From positions 99,264,852-99,328,851 of the forward strand of contig NC_133620.1 in NCBI RefSeq assembly GCF_048593235.1: a stretch of 64,000 bases of DNA, read 5' to 3'. Source of the DNA: Sminthopsis crassicaudata (taxonomy: Eukaryota). The notes under the pieces are model-generated. The model ran no database searches and had not been told where the DNA came from. It worked only from the letters and a program-made list of their open reading frames with translations. Shown here in pieces: positions 13,021 through 23,640 of this stretch; position 1 is the first letter of the stretch; every line of letters begins with the position of its first letter. The translations under genes were made by a program, and so were the position numbers.

Positions 13021-15670
13021 TTGGGAGGATTCTGGGAAGATGGTGTAGTACATTACCGAATTTCAAGCGCTCCAGATTTCCCCCACAAACAAAACAAATT
13101 TGTGCCTCAGGGTGAACATAAACTGGTGAAAAACCAAAAAGATTTGAGGCAGAGCAGGGATCCTCCTAATACAACCCAGGAAGATCTGAAAAAGCTTCAA
13201 GGCTGGAGTTTAACCAGTATGAAGTACAAATACCTCTGGGCTAACTGCTCTGAAACACCAAATAGGAACCCCTGGGGCTAGTTTTGACCTGGAGAGGAGT
13301 CCGGAAATACTGAGGGAACCTCAGCTGATTAGACATGGCAGGCTCAGCTGTGTTGCAGAGCCTGGGCCCTGGGCGAAAAGGAACTAGCACACTCCATGAA
13401 TGCAGAAACAGGGGGGCAGAGAAACTGCTGGCTGCAAGCACTTGCATGAGGGGAGAGTTCTTTTTTTGAGATTCCAGGTCAGAGAAGAGAGCTGAAGTGA
13501 AGCTAGAGGCACTATTCCCCACCATCCCACAATCAGAGGTGCTTTCTCTAATAGTTTTCATTTTTTAAAAATAAATGGGCAAAAAAAAGACCTTAACCAC
13601 AGAAACTTATTCTGGGAATAGGAAAGACTGGAATTCATTTTCAGAGGAGGACATGAAGTAAAAAAAAATGCTTCTAACCCAAAGAGAAATGTTTAATGGC
13701 TCCTGCTCAGAGAAAATTTATAAAAGAACTCAAAAAAGAATTTAAAAATCAATGAAAGGTAGTGAGTAAAAAAATAAAAATAAAAACCATCCAAGTAAAA
13801 TAAGAAGATTATGCAAAAGAAAAGTTAACCAACTAGAAAAGGAGATGCAATGTCTTAACGTTTAAAATAACTCTGAAAATTAGAATTGGGCAAGGGGAAG
13901 CCAGTGAAGCTATAAGATACCAAGACATAACAAAACAAAATATAAAGAATGAAAAAAATAGAACAGAATGGGAAATATAAGAAAAACAACAGATTTGGAG
14001 AACAGATCAAGAAGAAAAAAAATGAGAAAAATTGGACTACCTGAAAGCTGTGACCAAAAAAAGAACCTTTTCATAATAATGCAAAAAAGAATCCAAAAAA
14101 AAAGTCTTAGACTGGTAGAACATGAGAGGAAAGTTGAAACAGAAAAAATCCAGAGATTTTTTTTTGGTGAAAAACACAGGAATGTTATTGTCAAATTTTT
14201 AAACCCCCAGATCAAAGAGGAAAAATTTTCAAGAAACATGGGGAAAAAACAATTCAAATATGCTGGAGCTATAATTAGAATTGCATAGAACTTATCAGTA
14301 GCCACAAAAAAAGATCATAGGTCTGGGAATCACATGTACCAACAATCAAAAGAATTAGATCTGCAGACAAAAATATCATATCCAGCAAAATTATTCATAA
14401 TACTGAATGAAAAAAATGGGCATTCAATGAACTTGAAGATTTTTCAACCAACCCTGAACTCAGTGAAAAATTTAATATATAAGAGTCAATATCAAAGATT
14501 AATTTCAAGGAAATTAACAGACAAATTGTTTGTGTTTTTTACATGGAAATGTATACCATATGTTTAAGATTTACATCTTAAGGAAGATTGGAACAGCATT
14601 GAATATAATTTGTTATCTAAAAAACAAAACTGCCTGGGAAAAGGTAAAAATAGAAATTATGTTATACAAATGAGGTGAAGAGGAAGAATAATCACATAGG
14701 CATTAGAGAGGGGAGAAGAACTGTAGTTCTGAAAATCTATTCCCATCAGGAATGTGTTAAATAAGTACCACTATATATTTATCATGAAGAGTATAGCACC
14801 CTCCAAAATCTATAAAGAAATAAGGTGGGATGGGTGGATGAATGGAGGGGGAAGCAAAGAGTGGAGAAAGAAGACAAGGGAGGGATCCATGGGTAGGGGG
14901 AGATTAAGTAATAGCAAGGCAAATTAAGGAGCAAAATTAGAGTACAAGAGTTAGCAAAGATAAGAAAAAAAAGATACACACAAGCACTGCAACAAGAATC
15001 AGGGGTATAATTTATTAGAAAAAAAATACGACTAGTCATCATTGATCCTAGACAAGATCAGACTTAAGGATTCAATGAAGAGTGAAATCTATACTATATG
15101 GCAGACACACAGATATTGTTTTAGGTGTATATATACATATGGATAGATATGTATGCGTCTGTCTGAGTACATGTAGTATGTGTGCGTGTTGCTCTATGTA
15201 TGTAGGTCTGTAGNNNNNNNNNNNNNNNNNNNNNNNNNNNNNNNNNNNNNNNNNNNNNNNNNNNNNNNNNNNNNNNNNNNNNNNNNNNNNNNNNNNNNNN
15301 NNNNNNNNNNNNNNNNNNNNNNNNNNNNNNNNNNNNNNNNNNTATAAATATATCTGTGATTAACTATAACCTGCTTGGGGGAGATGGAGAGGATAAAAGG
15401 AGACAAAAGAATAAAGTAAAAAAAGTGCGCAGCAGAGAACAAAAGAACAGTCTATAAGGAAGCAAAGAAAAGATGGATACTCATGAATATAATTTCTTCG
15501 ACTATTGAATCTTTTCTTGAAATGGTACTTTATTATTATATATTTTTAATCCTCCCTGATCTTCTGCTGGGCACATGAGAATGTTTTGTTTTGTTCTATT
15601 TTGTTTTCCTTTTCTGGCTTCCTTTTTTCTAAATTTTTTTAGTAAACAGAAAAAAAATTAAAATAAACAA
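13021..15670 (+). mobile_element. HAL1-like (ORF1-only) L1 derivative, apparently full length
   Basis: L1-like 5' end GGGAAGATGGTG; degenerate ORF1; about 1.1 kb without recognisable ORF2; A-rich end near 15650-15670. No TSD could be identified. Confidence 0.65.
13900..14480 (+). pseudogene. L1/HAL1 ORF1p remnant (frameshifted)
   Basis: DLENRSRRKKMRKIGLPE, VIVKFLNPQIKE and KISYPAKLFII are typical ORF1p RRM/CTD motifs. Confidence 0.85.
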
Positions 15671-17046
15671 AGACTATGTATGGTGTGGTGACCTTGGACA
15701 ATTTTTGCAGAACTTTTCTGGATCCTGTCTTCCTCACCTATAAAATGAAAAAGTTGGACTCTAATCTCGAAAATCTCTTCTAGCTCTAAGTTTTACCTGT
15801 GAGAGTGGATACATTCAGAGCACCAGTTGGGGACCTTGGGGTAAAGCCCTCCTTGCCCCCCTGTGTATGACCTTGGACAACTGAATGGCTATGTGGAATG
15901 AGTGAAGTATCAGGTAGGTCACGGAGGTTAAAAATCTGAGTGACTGATGCTCAGATGGTCCCACTGTAAGTTTAGGTTCTCTGCCATCCAGGTCCTGATT
16001 TGGGCTTCCTGGGGAGATGATCCCAGACTCCATTTTACCTTCTTTGGGGATTCAGTCAGCTTTAGCTGCAAGGAAAGGTGCCATCCAGACCTTGACAGCT
16101 GGCAGAACAGCCTCTCTGGGCCACTGGGCGAAGCTTTTAGAGTCCTCCTTGAGAGCATAGCAACACCAATTTGTCCTTTCAAACATTATCCATCTGTTGA
16201 CATAGTTCATGCTGCTCTTGTGGAACATCCTTATTAGGATAGTTCACTTTGAGATGGCAGACCTAGGGCCAGTCAAGAAATAGGGAGGAAAGTCTAGAGG
16301 AGAGGAGGGATTTCCTCCAGAAACCAAGACCCTTTTCCCTGGGAGAATTACCCTACTCTGATTTGGAATTCAGCAATGGTTGCGTTACCTCCATTGGAAG
16401 TGAGTGAGTGCCAGAGTCTTCAACCTGCCCCTATGCAAGCCATGGTTCCCAGCCCACTCAGTCAACTCTCCCTCTTCATGCTCTGAATCAATACTACAAT
16501 AACATGTGCTCTGGACTACTCTCCCAGCCCCCAGCTCACCAGGTTGAATGCCCAGAGGGCAAACTGGAATAGAAGGCTCAGGATCTTCTAAAGGCTCTCC
16601 AAGGGTGGTTTTCTGGGACTACAGCCCCTACTGGTGGGTTTCCCCTCCCCCCATGATTATTAGTTGGTATTAATTAGCTGATTTAATTAGTTTTTAGAAC
16701 AGAGCATTTTAGCAAAGCAATAACTTTAATAATAAATAAAACTAACAATAGCTAATAGTTAGTGCTATGTGCCAGGAACCATGCTAAATAAACCCTTTAT
16801 AATTATTATTTCATTTGGATACTCATGACAACCCTGGGAGGTGTTATTATCACTGTTTTATGCATGAGGAGACAGATAAGCAGTAGGTGACCCCTGCCTT
16901 CCCAGAAGTTATAGTAAGAGGCTATGACACATGCAGAATTAACTATAATGCACTATATGACATGAAAAGTGTTTGAGAAAATGCTCCACAGGGACTGAGA
17001 GGAAAGACTTTTAGTAGCCCAAGGAATGAGAAAGGGAGAAGAAAAA

Positions 17047-17182
17047 GTTAGATGGTGCACCAGCTCTGAAGTCAGGAGGATCAGAGTTCAAATCCAGCCT
17101 CAGACACATGACACTGCCTAGCTGTGTGACTGCGGGCAAGTCACTTAACCCCAATTGTCCTGTCAAAAAAAAAAAAAAAAAG
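17047..17182 (+). mobile_element. WSINE1-type CORE-SINE with poly(A)
   Basis: GCACCAGCTCTGAAGTCAGGAGGATCAGAGTTCAAATCCAGCCTCAGACAC...TTAACCCCAATTG followed by an A run. Confidence 0.85.
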
Positions 17183-17495
17183 GAAAGAAGACAAAAGCTT
17201 CAATTGGACTTTAAAGGATGGCTGGGAGTTCAGTAGGTAGAGAAAAGGAGAGATGACATTCCAAGTGGAGGAAAGTTATAGGGAATCCCCAGGGAATAGG
17301 AAGGATGTGCCCCCTGACTGGAGTGCTTGGAGGGAAGTAATAGGAGATAACCCTGGAATGGGAAAGTAGTGCCAGAAGACAGAAGGTCTTGTATGCCAGG
17401 AAAAGAAGTTTTAACTTTCCTTGGTAAACAGTTGGATCCACTGAAGATTTTTGAGCAAAAGAATTATTTTAAAAATGATTTTAAAAAACAGTCTG

Positions 17496-17640
17496 GGGGC
17501 AGCTAGGTGGCGCAGTGGATAGAGCACCAGCCCTGAATTCAGGAGGACCCGAGTTCAAATCTAGTCTCAGACACTTAACACTTCCTAGTTGTGAGACCCT
17601 GGGCAAGTCACTTAACCCCAGCCTCAGGGGGGGAGGGGAA
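17496..17640 (+). mobile_element. Young WSINE1-type SINE with G-rich tail
   Basis: GGGGCAGCTAGGTGGCGCAGTGGATAGAGCACCAGCC... with intact A/B boxes and retained CpGs. Confidence 0.9.
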
Positions 17641-18219
17641 AGTCTGCTTTTTCCCAGGAGTAAAAAGTCACTCAATAAGTCAATCAATCAACATTTATTA
17701 AGCACCTTCTGTGGGTAGGGCACTGTAGGGCCATTAGGACACGATCCAGTCCTTCAAGAAGCTCAAATTTTACTAGAAGAGACAACATACAAGCGACTGT
17801 GTACATACAAGATACATGCAATGTAAATGGAAGAGAATGTCATAGGGAATAGGGTATGGGTCGGGGGTGAGATGGAGAGGATGGCATGGGAGGAGGGAGA
17901 ACCAGGAAAGGTTTCCTCGAGAAGATGGAATTTGAGATGAGATTGCAGTAAACCAGGAAAGCAGGTGAGGCCCAGAAGAGGGCAAGTATTCCAAACCTCA
18001 GCGATTTGACTTCAATTCAACCTCCTCCCCTGTCCTAAACCTCAGGTTTATCCAAAGGAATATTAATTACGCAGGGTATCAATAAAAGCCAGAAGTCACA
18101 GGATTATTATTAAAAAAACAACAGCTACAAAATGCTTTTACTACCCTTGTCTTTCTTCTTAGGCTTACCCACTAGCCTGGAGTCTTATGTATTTAGTCAG
18201 TTAAAAAGCAGGAAGGCTC

Positions 18220-18390
18220 GTGCTAGCTGTGTGATCCTGGACAAGTCACTTAACCCTGCTTGCCTCAGTTTCTTCATCTGTAAAGTGGACCACAGAAGGA
18301 AATGACAAACCGCTCCAGTATCTGCCGAGAACATGCCAAAAAGGATCACAAAAAGTCAAACAACACTGAAATAAGTGAACGAAAACAATG
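18220..18390 (+). mobile_element. MAR1-type SINE (CORE plus BovB-like tail)
   Basis: CAAGTCACTTAACCCTG...CAGAAGGAAATGACAAACCGCTCCAGTATCTGCC. Confidence 0.8.
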
Positions 18391-18759
18391 GGAGGAAGAT
18401 GCCTCGTTTCTGTTTCAGCCCAACCCCAGCCTCTGGATTTAAATGTCTCTGAGGGACTATCCTTTCCTCTTCTCCTTCAATTAAAAGATGATTGACTTTG
18501 ATACAGGGCTGGATGACAGCTAAAGGCAGAAATCGGAACCACTGAAGGGAATCATAGGATAATAAACTTGGCTCTGGAAGGGATCTTAGAAGCCATGGAG
18601 TCCAAGCCCTTCATTTTATAGATGAGTAAATTAAGGCACAGGAAAGTTTAAGGACTTCCCAGGATCCTTCAGCTAGTTCCTATCTGAGGCAGGAAGCGAT
18701 AGCTGTAGGACTGAATCCCCCACTGAGGAGACCAGGGGTTGATCTCTGCTCCTTGTCAG

Positions 18760-19300
18760 CCCCAGGATGCCCTCTTCTCTCCTTGTGTCTCTACTTTCCA
18801 GGCCTCCCTATCCCCCACCCCTCCTCCCACCCGTTTTCTCCTCTCTTCACTCTCCCTCCCCGACCCTGGGTGGCTGCTCATGGCTGATTCCTGCAAGTAT
18901 TCTCTCCTCAAGACCCCAGGCTGTTGCTCTCTGCAACCAATTTGCAGCATAGCTGAGCAGAACGGACAGTTACTGAGCTAAGGGATCTCTGCCAAGTCCG
19001 CTCCCTGCAGGTCAGTCGCAGGCAAATGATGAAGGGAAGAGAGATGGAGGGGGCCGGGGCACCATACCAGCAGGAGACTGGCCAGCAGGAATCTGCTAAG
19101 CAATAAGTAGGGACACAACCCAGAGCAGAGGGGACCGGGGCTGGTGGATACAAATAGTCTCACAGACATCCACACAAACAACTCTAAAATCAAACACGCA
19201 GTTTCATCCACAACTAGAGAGAAATCCAGATGCCTTCTACCCACCGGTCCGCCCACACACCCCTCCACAGGGGTGGGGAAATATCCAGGTAAACACAGAG
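18760..19300 (+). promoter_or_regulatory. CpG-enriched promoter / non-coding first-exon candidate with donor CAG|GTCAGT at 19010/19011
   Basis: Non-repetitive and GC-rich, about a dozen CpGs, C-rich Sp/KLF-like boxes upstream, CCAAT at about 18937, G-runs downstream of the donor. Orientation is not certain. Confidence 0.4.
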
Positions 19301-19542
19301 AAAAATACGCTGACAATCAGCCCAAAGATCACAGAGAATCACAGAAACAGAGAGAAACTCACACAAACACCATATAGCCATCAATTATACACTAACATGG
19401 ATAGCCATGGAAACAGTCACAAACTGCTAGACAACACTCTCACAGTCTCACAGCTTAGATACACACACAGACACACACTCCTGTGGATGTTTTTTCTGTA
19501 CCTTGTCTCAGCTGCACCCAGATAAGCATGCATAGAAACGTT

Positions 19543-20080
19543 TATACCTAGATAGTGCCGTGGATAGAGCACCAGCTCTGAAGTCAGCAGGACCTGAATT
19601 CAATTTTTTTTTTTGAGATTTGTTTTTTTTTTTTTTTAAATTGAAGTTTTGTATTTCCAAAACATAGGCAAGGATAATTTTTTTCAACATTGACCCTTGA
19701 AAAACCTTGTGTTCCAATTTTTCCCCACTTTCCCTTCACCCCCTGCCCTAGATTGCATGTAATCCAATATATGTTAAAACAAGAAAAATCAGAAAAAGTT
19801 TAAAAAAGAGAGAGAGAGAGAAAGAAAATAAAATTCAATCAAACCATGACAAAAGAGTGAAAACGCTATGTTGTGATCCACCCACAGTTCCCACAGTCCT
19901 CTCTCTGGATGTAGATGGCTCTCATCACAAAATCATTGGAACTGGTCTGAATCATGAGGACCTGAATTCAAATCCAGCCTCAGACACTTAGCACACATTA
20001 GCTGTGTAACCCTGCGCAAGTCACTTGCCCCAATTGTCTCCCACAAAAAACAAAAAACAAAACAAAACAAAAAAAACCTT
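19543..20080 (+). mobile_element. WSINE1-type SINE split by an L1 insertion
   Basis: 5' half 19543-19603 and 3' half 19957-20080 join through the duplicated AGGACCTGAATTCAA. Confidence 0.85.
19604..19956 (-). mobile_element. L1 3'-end fragment with 15-bp TSD
   Basis: Poly-T start; reverse complement of the L1 3' UTR seen at 4490-4795/6658-6750; TSD at 19589-19603 and 19957-19971. Confidence 0.88.
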
Positions 20081-20234
20081 CTACTAAATCCACAGATCAT
20101 GGACTAAATCCAACTGATCTTGGACTAGCCTCAGGGAGAGTATCTAGCCTTTCTTAGCTGGATTGGAGTATGTCTTTGCCCTAATTAGTTCTTTCCCCCC
20201 AGAAGTCCACTTCTCTCCTCCTACAGAAGGAAAG

Positions 20235-20470
20235 TTGTCTTTGTTGTTGAGTTCTGTCTGACTCTTTGTGATCCCCCAGTATTGACTGTGGGGTTTTCTT
20301 GGCAAAGATGCTGGAGGAGTTTGCTATTTCCTTCTCATTCCTTTTCCCACATGAAGAAACTGTTACATGACTTTCCCTGGCTTACATATAGCTGGTAAGG
20401 TCTGAGATGGATTTGAACTTGGCCCTCCCTGATTTTGGGCCCGGAGCTCTATCCACCGAACTACCTCTTA
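20235..20470 (-). mobile_element. MAR1-type SINE
   Basis: GTTGTTGAGTTCTGTCTGACTCTTTGTGA...GGGTTTTCTTGGCAAAGATGCTGGAG...GGATTTGAACT. Confidence 0.8.
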
Positions 20471-20499
20471 GGGAAGGAGGCAGAGAAAATCCCAGATTG

Positions 20500-20810
20500 C
20501 AGACAACTAAACAACTTCTAAAAGTGATTTTGAAAGAGTGAAAAGGAGAAGAACAAATTGGAAAGGAGAGAGAGACACACACAGAGACAGGGATAGAGAG
20601 ACAGAGATGGAGAAACACAGAGAGAAATGGAAAGAGATGGAGAAAGATGGAAAAAAGACGCAGAGACACAGAGAGAAGTGGAAAAAGATGGAGAAAGACA
20701 CAGAGAGGTGGAGAGACAAAGACAGAGAGACATACAGGGACAGAGACAAAAAGAGAAGGTGGGGAAGGGAGAAAAAAGAAGGGATGGAGGAAGAGTGAAA
20801 CTAAGAAAAA
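20500..20810. repeat. GA-rich low-complexity tract with an internal duplication of about 33 bp
   Basis: ACACAGAGAGAA(A/G)TGGAAA(G/A)AGATGGAGAAAGA occurs twice. Confidence 0.8.
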
Positions 20811-21567
20811 TAACCAGGAAAAAGGAACTGTGATCTCCTGGGCTAAGAGTCTCAGGCAATATTTTAAAGGAAATTGTGGGAAAAAATCCTAAGCTGTTTT
20901 CAGTTTTATTTCCAATATTTTAGCTTATTGTGCATCTAGAATTTTACTAGACATTGTTTGTGTGGGGACTAAAAGATCAGGGAGAGAGGATGAGATAGAA
21001 ATTAAGAGGGAAAAAAGGAAAAGGCATTTCTACTGTCATGGATATTTCTGTCTGAGCAACATTTCTGTAATGCTCAAATTTTCTCATTATAGCCTTAGGA
21101 ACCTTTTTCCCAAAACTTTATCATTTACTCCACATATCCCTCACTCCCTCCCCCCTCTCTTCTCTCCTCAAAAAAAGAATAGAAATTATCTCACATATTT
21201 TGAAAAAGAAAGCTGAACTTTCTCTGGTCACCCCTTCCTGACTCCCAATGTGGTATGATGCAAAATGCTCCTGACTGGACACCAAATGACTGGTTTCAAA
21301 CCCTGATTCTATTATCTACTACTGCACAGGTAATTTTTATATTCTTTGGATTTCAGTGTCCTCATTAGTGAGATGATGGTCGGACTCAATGATCCCAAAG
21401 TTCCTCTGAACTTTATATCCTATTAGTCTAATTTAAACATCTTGCATGAAATAAAGGTCCTTATTTTTAATATGATTCCCCAAAAAATTAGTTTTGGGAG
21501 AAAGGAAGTGATAAAATTAGCTCTTCTTTTGAAGATATTGTTTCCTAAAATCTTAGTTCATCTAGAT

Positions 21568-22023
21568 GAAGAATTCTTACCCAAAGGACCCTGTGAACTT
21601 GTGGGGAGTTTTTTTTGATAACTGTATTTTAATATAATTAGTTTCCTTTAATCATCTGTATTTTATTTTATGAATTTCAAAATGCTATTATAAATGCTCA
21701 ACCATAATTCAAGAGGATGGATGATGAAACATGCTACACTTCTTTTATCTTCAGAGGCAGGTGATGGACTCAGAGTGCAGATTGAAGCTTTTTTTTTTTT
21801 ATATGACCAATGCAGAAATTTATTTTGCTTGATTATACATGTTTATGACTGTTTTTATTTTTCTTGCTTTCTTACTGGGGGAGGGGTGATGAAAAAACCT
21901 CAAAATAAAATAAAATAAACTTAAAAAATAAAAAGATAAAAGGCATTATTCTGAGAAGGGGGTCTGTAGTCTTCTGAAGATTGCCAAAAGAGTTCATGAT
22001 ACAAAGAAAGGTTAATCACCCAG
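21568..22023 (+). mobile_element. Charlie4z-like hAT MITE interrupted by an old L1 3' end (about 21690-21940)
   Basis: GATAACTGTATTTTAATATAATTAGTTTCC...CATTATTCTGAGAAGGGGGTC...AAAGGTTAATCACCC resembles the recalled Charlie4 ends. Confidence 0.6.
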
Positions 22024-22129
22024 TGAATCAATGTTTTTCTTCTGTTGTAGGGAAGTGGGAAATGGGAATTATCCAGGGAAGTAAAGAGAAAGTTGGGGTT
22101 TATGGAGTATTTAGGGAGGACTAATGAGT

Positions 22130-22595
22130 CCTTTTCAGGGCTGATTATCCACCTTTCTTGTCCACTTGTGTGGACAAGTGTGGAGTCACTTGTGACTCCA
22201 AGAAGCTATATAGCATGTACAATGGCCACATGCTGATAACAATTATCTTGGTAGATGGGCTAACCCCGATAAGCCTCAGACCCACTGATGAGTTAGGGAG
22301 CTGTCTATCCCAAGCAGGTGAAGTCTTTCTCTGGTGAAATGGGTGGATGAGACCAATTTATTCCCATGGCTATGGAGGAGACTGAAGCAGATGCTATAGA
22401 GCTTTTAGAGCTGAGTCAGACTCCAAAGATGCCAAAATCATTCACTGCATCCCAGACTTGGGATCATCTTGATGGCTCTGGAAGAGATAGTGAGGCTGAT
22501 GACTTTGTGCAACTCTGTCTCATTAAAACCTAATTCATGAGCAAGTCAAGACATCATCCCATGATATCAAAAATGAAGGACAAAAATAACAACAA
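22130..22595 (+). mobile_element. Marsupial RTE-mobilised SINE (RTESINE/WALLSI class)
   Basis: GACTCCAAGAAGCT...GATGGGCTAA...GAGGCTGATGACTTTGTGCAACTCTGTCTC...AATGAAGGACAAAAATAACAAC; the same tail occurs at about 8865-8940. Confidence 0.7.
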
Positions 22596-22769
22596 AGAGA
22601 AAGCTGAGCAGAGATTTGACAATGGTCTTCAAACCTAGAGAAGGCTACTACAGGGAGAATGAAGAACAGGTGTTCTCTACCTCCTCAAAGGAAAGAATAA
22701 GAGAAGAGGCAGAGTGAGAAAGATGTGGGGAATTATTGTGGTCCATCAACTCAATAGGAATCAACACAT

Positions 22770-23640
22770 GATACGGCAGCCAAGAAAGCAAACAGAAAGC
22801 ATTGAGAAACATGGGTGCTTCTGGAAATGATGAAGCGATCATCCTGCTGTGTTCAGCCTTGAAGTATCGTTGTGTTCAGATTAGGGAAGACATGGATGAG
22901 CTTGGAGGACATCCAAAGGAAGGCAACCAAAATGGTGGAAAGCTTAAAGGGCAATGGGGTCAAAGTCCATATCTTTGTAAGACCAAAACATCCTAAGATC
23001 TAAGGACCACCACCACCCCTCCATCCCCACCCAAACTACCTCTTTGAGGGCTTTTTTTGAAAAGATAGCTAGATATGTGCATGTGTATGCATACTTATAT
23101 ATTATATTTATATATTTTAGCACACTATCTGGTAGATTATTGTACTTTTGCATTCGTTCATTCATTTATTCATTCAATTGGAGATATTGAGATTAGATCA
23201 GAGAAGAGGGGGGAGTATCCAATGATGGATTCCAAAGGAGAGAATCCAATTCTAAAACAATTGCTTTGGAATATTTGAAAGATTATCACCTTAAAGAGTG
23301 TCCCAAAAGTGTTAGTGCCTGTACTAAGGCTTTTGGGATGGCTTATTACCTGGCCCAAAGAATAAAGCTAGGAACTAGAATTTAAACAAATAGCAAAGAG
23401 GAAATTTTAAGTTTGATGTCAGGAAAAATCTCATGACAATTAGAAGCAATGCCAAAGTAGAATGAGCTAGATAAGGAGGCAGGAGGTCTATTTTACCTCT
23501 ACTTGCCCTCCACTAGAGATCCTTATGCAAAGTCTGGGTAGCCACTTGTCAGGACCATTACAGAAAAAAGATTCTCAATTCAGGTATGAGCTGAACAAGA
23601 TGGTCTTGAAGGCCTCCTTCCAACTCAGAAATTCTGGGTC
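22770..23640 (+). mobile_element. CR1/L3 LINE fragments (about 22770-22980 and 23390-23640)
   Basis: ATCCAAAGGAAGGCAACCAAAATGGTG and TTTAAGTTTGATGTCAGGAAAAA...CCTTCCAACTCAGAAATTCTG. Confidence 0.65.
23298..23340. mobile_element. Centrally deleted palindromic mariner-type MITE
   Basis: TCCCAAAAGTGTTAGTGC / GTACTAAGGCTTTTGGGA: 18-bp arms with 3 mismatches. Confidence 0.6.

Noticed and set aside
15815-16237. Overlapping ORFs in unique sequence
   Set aside because: No recognisable protein motif and no strong splice-site pair; consistent with chance.
17496-17560. tRNA-like A/B-box sequence
   Set aside because: It is the head of a CORE-SINE, not a tRNA gene; the same holds for all similar copies.
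18756-19316. Minus-strand ORFs resembling a signal peptide or N-terminus (e.g. MSSHPG...)
   Set aside because: Short, stop-bounded, weak donor (GG|GTCGGG), no recognisable homology; kept only as an alternative orientation for the promoter-like island.
20382-20892. Stack of overlapping ORFs (E/K/R-rich and S/L/F-rich)
   Set aside because: Translation of a GA-rich low-complexity tract; the same applies to 36025-36348 and 37357-37984.
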